Below, in pieces: positions 48,075 through 57,101 of a stretch of 64,000 nt of DNA (its first letter is position 1; every line of letters begins with the position of its first letter). The notes below the pieces were generated by a model. The model was not told the origin of the DNA, made no database searches, and worked only from the letters and a program-made list of their open reading frames with translations. The DNA is from Candidatus Hermodarchaeota archaeon (GTDB taxonomy: Archaea; Asgardarchaeota; Hermodarchaeia; Hermodarchaeales; Hermodarchaeaceae). The position numbers and the translations under genes are program-made. The stretch lies in contig JAEOUH010000047.1 of assembly GCA_016839365.1 (NCBI GenBank), positions 14,542 through 78,541 of the forward strand, in the 5' to 3' direction.

Positions 48075-49374
48075 ATGGGAACAAATGCAGAAGGTACTGG
48101 TACTACGAAGTATTGTATTCATGGTAAAATCGAGATAGATGGAGTAGTTGAGACCCCCGATGTTGTAGGTGCTCTCTTCGGTCAAACGGAGGGCCTACAC
48201 TTCATATCGGCGATGTGAAGGGGTAATCGGTGAAGATTTAGATCTAAGAGAATTACAACAGTCGGGGCGGATTGGTCGAATAAAAGTCGAGCTTCACACT
48301 GAGAGTGGAAAATCAAAGGGCACTATCACTATCCCATGTAGCCTAGATCGGACGGAAACTGCAATCCTTGCTGCAGCAATGGAAACAGTGGACAGAGTTG
48401 GTCCTTGTGCGGCTAAAATAACCCTTGAAAAACTCGAGGATGTCCGCGAAGAAAAGCGGCAACAAATCGTAAATCGTGCAGTAGATTTGCTACGGGATTG
48501 GGAAGGGGAAATCTCTCCAGATTCTCAGGAAATGACGGATACGGTTCTTCAACAGGCACGTACTGCAGAGATTATCAAACTCGGCAAAGAAAAGCTGCCT
48601 GCAGGGCCGGAGGTAGAGATATCAAAGACCATTATCATCGTAGAGGGTCGAGCAGATGTCTTAGCCCTGTTGAGATCTGGTGTCAAGAACGCTGTTGCAG
48701 TTGAGGGGACATCGGTTCCCAAATCTATTGCTGACATTGCCAAGGGGAAAACCGTGATTGCATTTCTCGATGGAGATCGTGGTGGGGATCTAATTCTAAA
48801 GGAGCTTGCACAAACCATCAAGGTTGATTATGTGGCTAGAGCACCTACTGGTAGAGAGGTAGAAGAACTCACTCACAAAGAGGTTACTAAAGCTCTCCGT
48901 AATAGGATTCCAGCAGGGCAGATTTTAGGAAAAGCGCCAGCTAAGGCGAAGCCAAAGGAGAAGAAGCGTACCCGTCGGACCCCCGAGAAGATCAAGAAAC
49001 CGCGTCGCACAACAACGCGTACCACCTCTCGCATTACCACACGAACGAAAGTTGAAGCAAAACCAGAGCCAAAGGTGAAGGATTTGGGAATCCCAGAGCC
49101 GGTGCTTGATTCGGCTCAAAAGATTCAACGGACGATGATGGCAGTCATCATGGACGAGAAGTTTAAGCAATTAAAGGAGACTCATGTGGGTGAACTTGCT
49201 AACGATTTGCAGGAACTTGATAAGGCTAAAGTGCTTATCCTTGATGGCGTTGTAACACAACGCCTTATTGATATTGCCGAAGATCGTGGCGTCGAATTAA
49301 TTATTGGGGTGCGAGTTGGCAATATTGTGAAGAAACCGGCGAAAATGCGTATCCACACTTTCGATGAACTGTGA
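48075..49374 (+). CDS. dnaG: archaeal DnaG (Toprim; primase-like, exosome-associated), interrupted: join(48075..48198,48227..49374)
   Basis: ATG 48075 is preceded by GGTGA and encodes [41 protein letters not shown]. That frame stops at 48216..48218. The rest ([19 protein letters not shown]..., [17 protein letters not shown]) lies in the frame of the track ORF 48169..49374. Removing 28 nt gives a continuous 423-aa protein. Confidence 0.85.
48199..48226 (+). other. candidate bulge-helix-bulge intron inside the dnaG coding sequence
   Basis: GCCT(48193-96) pairs with GGGT(48221-24). The 3-nt bulges are ACA(48197-99) and AAT(48225-27). The hairpin is CTTCATATC-GGC-GATGTGAAG (48200-48220). Cutting after the 2nd bulge nucleotide removes 28 nt. 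Confidence 0.6.
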
Positions 49375-49478
49375 TTACTCAGAAAGCCTGTCAAGTCAGC
49401 AATGCTTAAATATTGAGCACCCGCATTTTCGCTTCACCCTATCATAATAACGAGAGTGCTGCTGTGGCCGAAACCAAC

Positions 49479-49751
49479 ATGAAGCTCATTCGAATCCTAC
49501 AGGTTCTTGGCATTATCTTCCTGTTAGCGGCAGGATTCGTTGCCATTACGAACCTGGTTCTGGATATTCCATGGGATCAAGCGTCAGCAATAATTCTCCT
49601 TTCTTATTTGCTCATTTGTGGTCTGAGTTTCGGCATAACAGGTCTTATGAGCGACAATCCTGAGAGAACCCGAAGACTGTTGGTCGAATGGTTTATTGTT
49701 GTGGCAGCGATTCTTATTTGGGTCGTAGGAGTGTACGCTTTACTTCCTTGA
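49479..49751 (+). CDS. small membrane protein, unknown function
   Basis: The track starts at TTG 49413. ATG 49479 gives MKLIRILQVLGIIFLLAAGF..., with three hydrophobic helices. Confidence 0.4.
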   Translation: MKLIRILQVLGIIFLLAAGFVAITNLVLDIPWDQASAIILLSYLLICGLSFGITGLMSDNPERTRRLLVEWFIVVAAILIWVVGVYALLP

Positions 49752-49760
49752 GGGATTACT

Positions 49761-50414
49761 GTGTCTGAATCGGTCGGAATCATTGCAGGAGTTCGCCCGA
49801 CACGGATGGAATTACTCACCCTCAAAGAACGAAGAGAACTAGCCGCGCGAGGTTATGAACTGCTCCGTGAGAAGCAAGATGCGCTTGTTCGTGAATTCTT
49901 TACAATTCTATCAGAGGCAAAGAAATTCAGAGAAGAAATGGAATCAACTCTTGCTGAAGCTTATGTTTCATTACTTAACGCAAAATTAGTTGAAGGCGGA
50001 GCAAAACTCGAAGAACTTGCCTTGGGAGCAAAAAGCCCACTTGATTTTGAAGTTGAGACACGAAATACGATGGGTGTTACGGTTCCAATTTTTAGAATCA
50101 CAGAGCAGGAAGAATCAGTTCAGCTGCATTACAGTCTGGCAGGAACTTCTGCTACTGTAGATAAAGCGGCCCAAAAGGTTCGATTGGCGCTAGATAAGGT
50201 TGTACGACTCGCAGAGATTGAGGCAACGGTTAAACGACTTGCAGCGGAAATTGAGAAAACGAAACGGCGCGTCAATGCACTCAACTATGTGGTTCTTCCG
50301 CGAATTAACAACACAATTCGATATATCGAGTTGATGTTGGAAGAACAGGAAAGAGAAGACCTCTTTCGGATGAAGCGAGTTAAAGCGATGCTTGAGCGAA
50401 AAGCAAACGCATAG
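49761..50414 (+). CDS. atpD: A/V-type ATP synthase subunit D
   Basis: 217 aa, GTG start. RPTRMELLTLKERRELAARGYELLREKQDAL N-terminal coiled-coil signature. Confidence 0.85.
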   Translation: MSESVGIIAGVRPTRMELLTLKERRELAARGYELLREKQDALVREFFTILSEAKKFREEMESTLAEAYVSLLNAKLVEGGAKLEELALGAKSPLDFEVETRNTMGVTVPIFRITEQEESVQLHYSLAGTSATVDKAAQKVRLALDKVVRLAEIEATVKRLAAEIEKTKRRVNALNYVVLPRINNTIRYIELMLEEQEREDLFRMKRVKAMLERKANA

Positions 50415-50421
50415 ACTGAAT

Positions 50422-50775
50422 CTACTTTTCAGTTAGAGCGATTATTGCCCTAGCAAGATTGCCCTCAGCGCCACGTAAAGCTTCACGTGCTTCATCCTCT
50501 GATACATTTGCTTGGTTAGCTACGAGTTGGACATCTTCTTCAGTAAATGTTTGGGAAGTGGTTACAGGAGTAGCCTCTTCTGCTTCAGATGAGATTGTAA
50601 GATTCCTTTCCTCCGATTTTCCTACAATTTGGAAGACATCATCATCTTGTGCCTGCATCTTTATTACCTGAGCCTCAGGAATAACTAATTCTCTATCAGA
50701 AAAACGAATAAGAACCTCTGTAACATCTTCAAGTTGTTGGAAATCAACACCCATCCGACGCATCTGTCGTTCCAT
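50422..50775 (-). CDS. nac: nascent polypeptide-associated complex protein (aNAC)
   Basis: NAC domain followed by a C-terminal UBA-like EDEAREALRGAEGNLARAIIALT. I prefer ATG 50775 (MERQMRRMG...) over the TTG at 50814. Confidence 0.85.
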   Translation of the reverse strand: MERQMRRMGVDFQQLEDVTEVLIRFSDRELVIPEAQVIKMQAQDDDVFQIVGKSEERNLTISSEAEEATPVTTSQTFTEEDVQLVANQANVSEDEAREALRGAEGNLARAIIALTEK

Positions 50776-50862
50776 TGAGCGTTTTTTTGACTTTACTTTC
50801 TTTACCTTTACCAAAGGGTATCCCTCAAGCAGTTACAGCATCGCATAACTGGCTGAACAAAT

Positions 50863-51345
50863 TTAGCTTTTTTGTTTACCAGTCGAGTGACGGATCTTTA
50901 CAGCTACTCCACGGGTTAGATCTAACATTTCTTGAGGACTAAGACTGGCCCTTCCAACGGCAAGCAATCTATCTTGACCATCAACAACTATTACCTCATC
51001 ACCAGCGCGAAGCTGTGGATCTACTGCTATAACATGCTTGGCAAAGACGCTACGACCCTCTGAAATGAATGGGGCCACCTCTTGGACCACAACTACTCTG
51101 AGTTTGGGAAAAGGTATTGCGTTGTGCAGTCGTCGAGCTCCTTCGATGGTAAGAACAAGGAACCCGTCATGTGCGCGAATAGTAGCAAGAATCTGTGCAT
51201 TAAAAATAACCCGGCGAATTCGACCAGAGCTTTTTGAAATCTCCACCTGACAATTGTCAGGAAAAACCTGGTGTCCGATTGCTGCTCGAAATTGGTAGTT
51301 AGCAATTCCTCGTACTCGATACAATCTTTCATTGATTTGCGACAT
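50863..51345 (-). CDS. PUA-domain RNA-binding protein
   Basis: 160 aa. C-terminal LRAGDEVIVVDGQDRLLAVGRASLSPQEM...GVAVKIRH, typical of a PUA domain. Confidence 0.7.
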   Translation of the reverse strand: MSQINERLYRVRGIANYQFRAAIGHQVFPDNCQVEISKSSGRIRRVIFNAQILATIRAHDGFLVLTIEGARRLHNAIPFPKLRVVVVQEVAPFISEGRSVFAKHVIAVDPQLRAGDEVIVVDGQDRLLAVGRASLSPQEMLDLTRGVAVKIRHSTGKQKS

Positions 51346-51372
51346 AATTCGCCTCGTCTTCTTTTCAACGGG

Positions 51373-52578
51373 CTATCCATAAATGTCTGTCGCGTCACCG
51401 TGGTCGCCGATCATGCCTAAGACTTTGCTAATAGCCTTATCAAAGTCTTCTTTTTGTACTAAATCACGAAGCTCACGGATAGCAAACATTCCAGCTTCGG
51501 TGCATATTGCCTTCAAATCTGCCCCAGATGCGCCATTTGTTTTTGAAGCAAGCAGACTGACATCCACATCTGATTCGATATTCATGTTTCGCATATGAAT
51601 TTTAAGAATTTGAACACGCGCTTCTTTATCGGGAAATGGAAATTCGATGATACGATCAAACCTTCCAGGTCTTGTAAGAGCTGTGTCAAGGATATCAGGA
51701 CGATTGGTTGCTGCGAGTATACGCACGTCACCGCGTGGATCAAATCCGTCGAGCATACTAAGTAGTTGCATGAGTGTTCTTTGAACTTCTCGGTCTCCAC
51801 TCGTGGCGATATCAAGGCGGCGACTCGCAACGGCATCTAGCTCATCGATAAAGACAATACTTGGTGCTCGTTTACGAGCCATAAAGAAAATCTCTCTAAC
51901 AATTCGTGCCCCCTCACCGATGAACTTTTGGACAAGTTCAGAACCAATGACACGAATGAATGTTGCCTTCGTTTCATTAGCAACTGCGCGGGCTAGGAGA
52001 GTTTTTCCAGTTCCAGGAGGACCACAGAGAAGTACGCCTTTTGGTGGCTCGATTCCCACCTTCTCAAATAGTTCTGGATGAAGAAGCGGAAGTTCAACAG
52101 TTTCACGGATTTCTTCGATTTGTTCTTCCAACCCCCCAATATCGTTATAGGTGACATCTGGACTTTCTTCAACGTTCATGGCTTGAACAAAAGGATCGAT
52201 GGACATTGGTAAGACATCGACTACGGCCAAAGTTCTTTGGTTCAATGCCACTTTAGCCCCAGACTCAAGCTGGCTCCCAATTATCGATTCTGGATAATTG
52301 ACTACAAACTGGGGTCCTGTGCTACTTTTGACAATGACCCTTCCATCGTCAAGAATATCAATTACAGTTGCAGAAACTAAGGGTGGTTGCCGTAACTTAT
52401 TGAGCTCTGCTTGAAGGATTCGAACTTCGTTTTCCAGTCGTGTTCGTTCTGCTGCAAGTTGTTCTCTTTCCAATTCGAGTTCGCGAACACGTTGCTCAAG
52501 TAAAAATGTCCGTTCAGCCAAACTCATATAATCGTCAGAAGAAACCGCTTTCTTACGTAAATCTGTTGAATCGGTCAT
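51373..52578 (-). CDS. pan: proteasome-activating nucleotidase
   Basis: 401 aa. N-terminal coiled coil, Walker A GPPGTGKT, Walker [12 protein letters not shown] second region of homology. Confidence 0.95.
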   Translation of the reverse strand: MTDSTDLRKKAVSSDDYMSLAERTFLLEQRVRELELEREQLAAERTRLENEVRILQAELNKLRQPPLVSATVIDILDDGRVIVKSSTGPQFVVNYPESIIGSQLESGAKVALNQRTLAVVDVLPMSIDPFVQAMNVEESPDVTYNDIGGLEEQIEEIRETVELPLLHPELFEKVGIEPPKGVLLCGPPGTGKTLLARAVANETKATFIRVIGSELVQKFIGEGARIVREIFFMARKRAPSIVFIDELDAVASRRLDIATSGDREVQRTLMQLLSMLDGFDPRGDVRILAATNRPDILDTALTRPGRFDRIIEFPFPDKEARVQILKIHMRNMNIESDVDVSLLASKTNGASGADLKAICTEAGMFAIRELRDLVQKEDFDKAISKVLGMIGDHGDATDIYG

Positions 52579-52719
52579 TGCAAGTTCTCTGAGTCGTACG
52601 CGCTAAAAGCTTTTTTTATTCCTCCATCAGAAGTTGTAGACCTTCTGTGAGATTATTAAAATGAAAAGAACTTTTTAGATTATGGCGGGTAATAAATAGA
52701 ATGGTGGCGATTGCGCAAA

Positions 52720-53229
52720 ATGCCAACCTGTGAGATTTGTGGTCGTGAATGTCATTCGACAAGGGAAATCGCCCTTGAGGGCGCCCACCTGCATGCTTGT
52801 AGTCGGTGTGCAGAGCTGGGAAAACCAGTTCAGCAGAAGAAGAAACTAGGATACGAACCTCCAGCCGACCTGAAACGCCGGCCTGTTCATATACCACGCG
52901 AAGTCCGACCTGGACCACTTCGAGAGCCAGCTCGCGAATTGGTACCTGTGGAGGACTTCACTAAACTTATTAGAAAAGCACGTGAGCAACGAGGAATGGC
53001 TCAAAAGGATGTCGCTCGTGCTCTAAATGAGCGAACTTCCGTTATCACAAAAGTTGAAAGTGGCAAAATGGCACCTACAATTAGTTTGGCGCGGAAATTA
53101 GAGCGACTATTCAAATTGATATTACTTGAGGAATCGGAATCAGTTGACCTTCCTCCTGTTCATTCTCAAAGTTCAGCAACACTCGGAGACGTTGTTCAGA
53201 TTCGACGCAAAAAAACCTCTTCTAAATAG
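52720..53229 (+). CDS. archaeal multiprotein-bridging factor 1 (zinc ribbon + HTH)
   Basis: MPTCEICG...CSRC zinc ribbon and a C-terminal XRE-type HTH (QKDVARALNERTSVITKVESG). ATG at 52720. Confidence 0.8.
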   Translation: MPTCEICGRECHSTREIALEGAHLHACSRCAELGKPVQQKKKLGYEPPADLKRRPVHIPREVRPGPLREPARELVPVEDFTKLIRKAREQRGMAQKDVARALNERTSVITKVESGKMAPTISLARKLERLFKLILLEESESVDLPPVHSQSSATLGDVVQIRRKKTSSK

Positions 53230-53273
53230 ATTGTTAAGTAAGAACCGTGAGTTGTAACAGGCTGGATATTCGG

Positions 53274-53840
53274 ATGAGCGCACCTAAATGGAGGATTACT
53301 GTACTCAAGCTGGATCACCGTCCCGAGCGCGATAAACGTCTTACAACTCATGTGGGATTAACGGCCCGTGCATTTGGTGCGAGCGAGTTTTGGTCAGCTG
53401 GACTTAAGGATACAAATATCATGGATACAATCCAGCAGGTTTCTAATCAATGGGGTAAGAAAGATTTCATAGTACTTACAGGTGTCAAATGGAAGACCCG
53501 TCTTCGTCAATGGAAGGAGGAGAATGGGGAAGTCATTCATCTTACCATGTACGGACTTCACGTAGATGATGTAATTGATGATATTCGTCGCTCACAGCAA
53601 CCGAAACTCGTTGTTGTAGGAGGTCCTAAGGTTCCGAACCAAATATACCAGTTAGCTGATTACAATGTAGCTGTTGGTCATCAACCCCATAGTGAAGTGG
53701 CAGCACTTTCAATCTTTTTAGATCGGCTGTTTGAAGGGCAAATGCTTCGCTGGGAATTCCCTGATGCCGTGCTACGAATCCAAGCAACCTCACATGGGAA
53801 ACGGATAATCGAAGCCGAAGAAAAAAAAAGGGCGATTTAA
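53274..53840 (+). CDS. tRNA (cytidine56-2'-O)-methyltransferase aTrm56
   Basis: LDHRPERDKRLTTHVGLTARAFGA signature. I prefer ATG 53274 over GTG 53247. Confidence 0.8.
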   Translation: MSAPKWRITVLKLDHRPERDKRLTTHVGLTARAFGASEFWSAGLKDTNIMDTIQQVSNQWGKKDFIVLTGVKWKTRLRQWKEENGEVIHLTMYGLHVDDVIDDIRRSQQPKLVVVGGPKVPNQIYQLADYNVAVGHQPHSEVAALSIFLDRLFEGQMLRWEFPDAVLRIQATSHGKRIIEAEEKKRAI

Positions 53841-53872
53841 TCCTTAACTTTTTTTTGTTAAACGAAAAGGTC

Positions 53873-53881
53873 TTTATTTAA
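53873..53881 (+). promoter_or_regulatory. TATA-box-like element upstream of tfe
   Basis: TTTATTTAA preceded by purine-rich AAAAGG, centred about 31 nt upstream of ATG 53908 (short or no leader). Confidence 0.4.
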
Positions 53882-53907
53882 TGCAAGGGTAGGTTATCCG
53901 TAAATCT

Positions 53908-54417
53908 ATGTCTGGACGTGAGATGCTAATTAAGCAGGTTGTCATTGAATTCGCCGGTGAAGACGCATTTGAAGTGGTTTCACACCTCAAAGAAGATGAA
54001 GAAACAACGGATGAGGAGATTGCCAACGAAACTGGTATGCGCCTCAACGCTGTTCGAAAGATCCTCTACAAACTTTATGACCTTCATCTAGCGTCCTATC
54101 GCCGTACCCGCGATAAACAAACCGGATGGTTTGTCTACTACTGGATATTGGAACCTGAACGCATCCATGACCTACTCCATGAAAAGAATACAAAGGTCCT
54201 TGAACGATTAAAGCAACGACTCCTTTACGAGACAGAAAACACGTTCTACCATTGCAAGAACAACGGCTGTCCCCGCCATACCTTTGAGGAAGCTATGGCT
54301 AATGCCTTTAAATGTCCTACATGTAATGGCCAGCTGGTTCATGTTGACAATCTACAAATCATAAAGTTGCTTAAAACACAGATCGAGACCCTTGAACAAG
54401 AAATGAAACACAACTAG
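53908..54417 (+). CDS. tfe: transcription factor E (TFE alpha)
   Basis: 169 aa. Winged-helix N-terminus and a zinc ribbon, CKNNGC...CPTCNG. Confidence 0.85.
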   Translation: MSGREMLIKQVVIEFAGEDAFEVVSHLKEDEETTDEEIANETGMRLNAVRKILYKLYDLHLASYRRTRDKQTGWFVYYWILEPERIHDLLHEKNTKVLERLKQRLLYETENTFYHCKNNGCPRHTFEEAMANAFKCPTCNGQLVHVDNLQIIKLLKTQIETLEQEMKHN

Positions 54418-54484
54418 AATAGACGCCACCTTTTTGTCTTCAAGAAGCCTTTTTAGGTTGGCGTTGAACATCACACAACAGATA

Positions 54485-54593
54485 GGGCCGATAGTCTAGC
54501 TATCTGAGAGGAGGCTATTCTCTTGGACTAGAAGGCTATGATATCGCGTTTACACCGCGATGGTCGGGGGTTCGAGTCCCTCTCGGCCCACCA
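54485..54593 (+). tRNA. tRNA-Val (anticodon TAC) with a 32-nt D-loop intron (54502..54533); CCA encoded
   Basis: Acceptor GGGCCGA/TCGGCCC, discriminator A, anticodon arm TCGCG-TTTACAC-CGCGA, T-arm GGGGG-TTCGAGT-CCCTC. Strict BHB: CTAG(CTA)TCTGAGAGGA...TTCTCTTGGA CTAG(AAG). Confidence 0.85.
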
Positions 54594-54605
54594 AAGAACC
54601 CTTTT

Positions 54606-55067
54606 ATGAAGACAGCTCAAAGGCGTCGAAGCGGAGATGAATGTTTGCCAGATAAAGGTAAGAAACTCTGGTTTACCCGGTTTGTATTATTCGGAGGCGT
54701 CTACGACATAGTCTTAGCCTTGACTTTTCTCTTCTTTACACCGATAGTTTCAATTCTTCTCAATTACCCGATTTCGATTCTATCTGCGGCGCTCCTTCAG
54801 ATCATCGGCGCGTTTCTGATAGGTTTTGGTTTGGCATTGCTCGTAGCAGCAAGAAATTTAGATCAGCAACTCATCATCCCGATCGCCAACATTCCCGCTC
54901 GAATAATTGCCGCTGTTGTTCTCATGTACTATATTTTTCTAGGGTTACCGTTTACTCTGCTTGTGTTGGGAATCATTGAAGGTCTCTTTGGCATTGTTTA
55001 CACCATCTTCATCCTTGCCATTCCTGAGTACACATTCCGCTCGGTTTTCAAGAATGCGCCAACATAA
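54606..55067 (+). CDS. hypothetical membrane protein
   Basis: 153 aa with four hydrophobic helices. Confidence 0.4.
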   Translation: MKTAQRRRSGDECLPDKGKKLWFTRFVLFGGVYDIVLALTFLFFTPIVSILLNYPISILSAALLQIIGAFLIGFGLALLVAARNLDQQLIIPIANIPARIIAAVVLMYYIFLGLPFTLLVLGIIEGLFGIVYTIFILAIPEYTFRSVFKNAPT

Positions 55068-55107
55068 CCTTCTTAAATAACGCAGTTTTAACAAGGAAAC
55101 AATGTGT

Positions 55108-55193
55108 GCCGAGGTATCCTAGCCTGGTAGGGAGCAGGCCTGCTAAGTCTGTGTCCATCGGACTCACGAGTTCAAATCTCGTCCTCGGCGCCA
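55108..55193 (+). tRNA. tRNA-Ser (anticodon GCT), no intron; CCA encoded
   Basis: Acceptor GCCGAGG/CCTCGGC, discriminator G, anticodon arm CAGGC-CTGCTAA-GTCTG, long variable arm GTCC-ATC-GGAC, T-arm ACGAG-TTCAAAT-CTCGT. Confidence 0.9.
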
Positions 55194-55234
55194 CTCTTAC
55201 TAAATTCAGAACACCTCATGAAAAGCTGAATACT

Positions 55235-55729
55235 ATGCCGTTTACCCCCTTCCATTTAGGTCCAAGCCTGCTGATTGGATTGATACTCTTTCCCTACCTA
55301 TTTCTACCCAGCATCCTCCTTGGGAGCATCATCGTGGACGTTGAACCACTCGCCTTCCTTCTCCTCGGTTTACCAGTACAACATTTATTCTTTCATACTT
55401 TCTTGGGAGCCACCATCTTAGCTCTGATTGGGGCCCTTGTAATCTATCTTCTTCGAGGCATCTTTGAAAAGATAATGGCATCCTTCCTTCTCCCGCAAAC
55501 AGCTTCGCCATTGAACATCACTGCCGCGGCCCTAATCGGCGCTTACTCACATATCCTGTTAGACGGCTTCTTATATCCTGAAATGCAGCCATTCTGGCCA
55601 CTGTTAGGAAATCCCTTTCTTGGTCTTGTATCGTCTTCAACGATCTATCTTTTCTGTGTCTTATGCTTCATTATTGCTATTCCAGTTTACATCTTTCAGA
55701 TTTGGCGTGTAAAACAGCACCCTAAGTAA
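55235..55729 (+). CDS. hypothetical polytopic membrane protein
   Basis: The track ORF begins inside the tRNA-Ser gene. ATG 55235 (MPFTPFHLGPSLLIG...) gives 164 aa. Confidence 0.45.
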   Translation: MPFTPFHLGPSLLIGLILFPYLFLPSILLGSIIVDVEPLAFLLLGLPVQHLFFHTFLGATILALIGALVIYLLRGIFEKIMASFLLPQTASPLNITAAALIGAYSHILLDGFLYPEMQPFWPLLGNPFLGLVSSSTIYLFCVLCFIIAIPVYIFQIWRVKQHPK

Positions 55730-55762
55730 ACATTATATATTGCGGAGTTGTGTGAGCTGAAT

Positions 55763-56109
55763 GGACGGTGAGCCTAGGCGGGGGGCTAGAAGCCCCGCAG
55801 CGCCGCTACGGGCTGGCTAAGGCTCCCCTGCACCGCAAACGCTCTATACGGCGGGCTGAATGCCGATGTTAGGCTTTCTGACCTGTTGTACGACTCACTG
55901 TTTAAGGCTGTGACGATCCGCCTCGGAGGATCGCTGGTGGCGGTAGGCTTTTCGTAGGAAGGGCTGAATCGTCTTTATCAGGTGAAACCAGCGAGGCCCG
56001 GGAGGGAGCAGCGTAAGCCTGTACTGTAGATGCTTCCGAGATCCGGGTCTGAGACCTGACTGTGAGTACGGCTTCAGGGAGGGTTGACGACCGTCGGGGT
56101 TCATCGTCC
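55763..56109 (+). ncRNA. signal recognition particle RNA (7S/SRP RNA)
   Basis: Helix-8-like AGGCCC-GGGA-GGGAGCAGCG. The 5' GGACGGTGAGCC pairs fully with the 3' GGTTCATCGTCC. TTATATAT lies about 25 nt upstream (55733..55740). Ends are approximate. Confidence 0.8.
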
Positions 56110-56119
56110 ACCCCTTAAC

Positions 56120-57064
56120 TTATTTTGGTGATGAGAAGCCCAGGGCTTCCTTATGAAGGCACACTGCACATACTTGTTGGGATGTGATTTCTCCGCAACT
56201 CTGACATTTCCTATACGGAACCTCTTCTTCTTGTTGAATGGCTTCGATGATCTTCGTAAAGGTGGCATGAAGGTTGTATTTGGAGCCAGGATGTTTTACT
56301 TCGAAAGCGTTGAGCCATTCACGGATTTCTGAGCGAAGTGAGGTTTCTTTGTAGGGACAGGGGGGATGATAGATTGGGTATCCAAGTAAGTTAGCAAAGA
56401 GGGCGAGATCAGCTTCAAGAGTATGATACAAGGGCTTGATTCGGGGGATAAGCCAATCAGAAACACCCCTCAGGTAGGGAGTAATCCGTGATAATCGCGG
56501 TAAATCTCCACGAATGAGATTCATGAGCATCGATTGAATTTCATCATCCAGATTGTGTCCTAAGGCTAATTTATCGGCTTGAATTTTACGAGCCAGCTGG
56601 TTCAGCCCCTGTCGTCTAAGTGTTCCACAATAAGCACATGGTGAAAGGGATGATTGCAAAACTTGTGCCCGAGTCGCGATTTCATCAAGGGTAAGGGAGA
56701 ACATATCCTGATAAGAGGCCGTTACATGTTCTACTTTGAGGGTATTCGTGACCCTTTGCAACACCTCTTGCCGTAGAAGGTCTTGTTTGTTGCCTTCTTC
56801 GAGGGTTATGGCGATGACTTCCGATTCAGGGAAACGTTGCTGGATTTCCACTAAAATCGCTAACAGTACAGTGCTATCTTTTCCGCCTGAATAGCCAACA
56901 GCGATTCGATCTGTACGCTCAAGCATATTGTATTTTGAGATGGCCATTCGCACGGCGTTGGTAACAGAGTCCTTGAAGCAGCGCTCACAAAGTACTTCAC
57001 CTGAGTAGGGTCGAGACATTACCGATTCTGCCTTGCACATCGTACACTCGTTAGTCATTGCCAT
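56120..57064 (-). CDS. PP-loop tRNA 2-thiolation protein (NcsA/TtuA/Ctu1-like)
   Basis: 314 aa. SGGKDS PP-loop, N- and C-terminal CxxC zinc fingers, central CxxC. Confidence 0.8.
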   Translation of the reverse strand: MAMTNECTMCKAESVMSRPYSGEVLCERCFKDSVTNAVRMAISKYNMLERTDRIAVGYSGGKDSTVLLAILVEIQQRFPESEVIAITLEEGNKQDLLRQEVLQRVTNTLKVEHVTASYQDMFSLTLDEIATRAQVLQSSLSPCAYCGTLRRQGLNQLARKIQADKLALGHNLDDEIQSMLMNLIRGDLPRLSRITPYLRGVSDWLIPRIKPLYHTLEADLALFANLLGYPIYHPPCPYKETSLRSEIREWLNAFEVKHPGSKYNLHATFTKIIEAIQQEEEVPYRKCQSCGEITSQQVCAVCLHKEALGFSSPK

Positions 57065-57101
57065 AAAGAGCTAGGAGCTTGTGAAATAAAATTCCATGCC
57101 T

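Noticed and set aside
48169-48226. N-terminus of track ORF 48169..49374 ([19 protein letters not shown]...) as the real DnaG start
   Set aside because: This peptide is the out-of-frame reading of the conserved [10 protein letters not shown] region plus the 28-nt insert. The genuine conserved N-terminus starts at ATG 48075 in another frame.
52616-52918. 100-aa minus-strand ORF overlapping the MBF1 start
   Set aside because: It overlaps the well-supported MBF1 zinc-ribbon region antisense and the PAN/MBF1 divergent promoter region.
55895-56111. Two minus-strand ORFs of 69 aa
   Set aside because: Both are antisense to the SRP RNA gene, so they are an artefact of GC-rich structured RNA.
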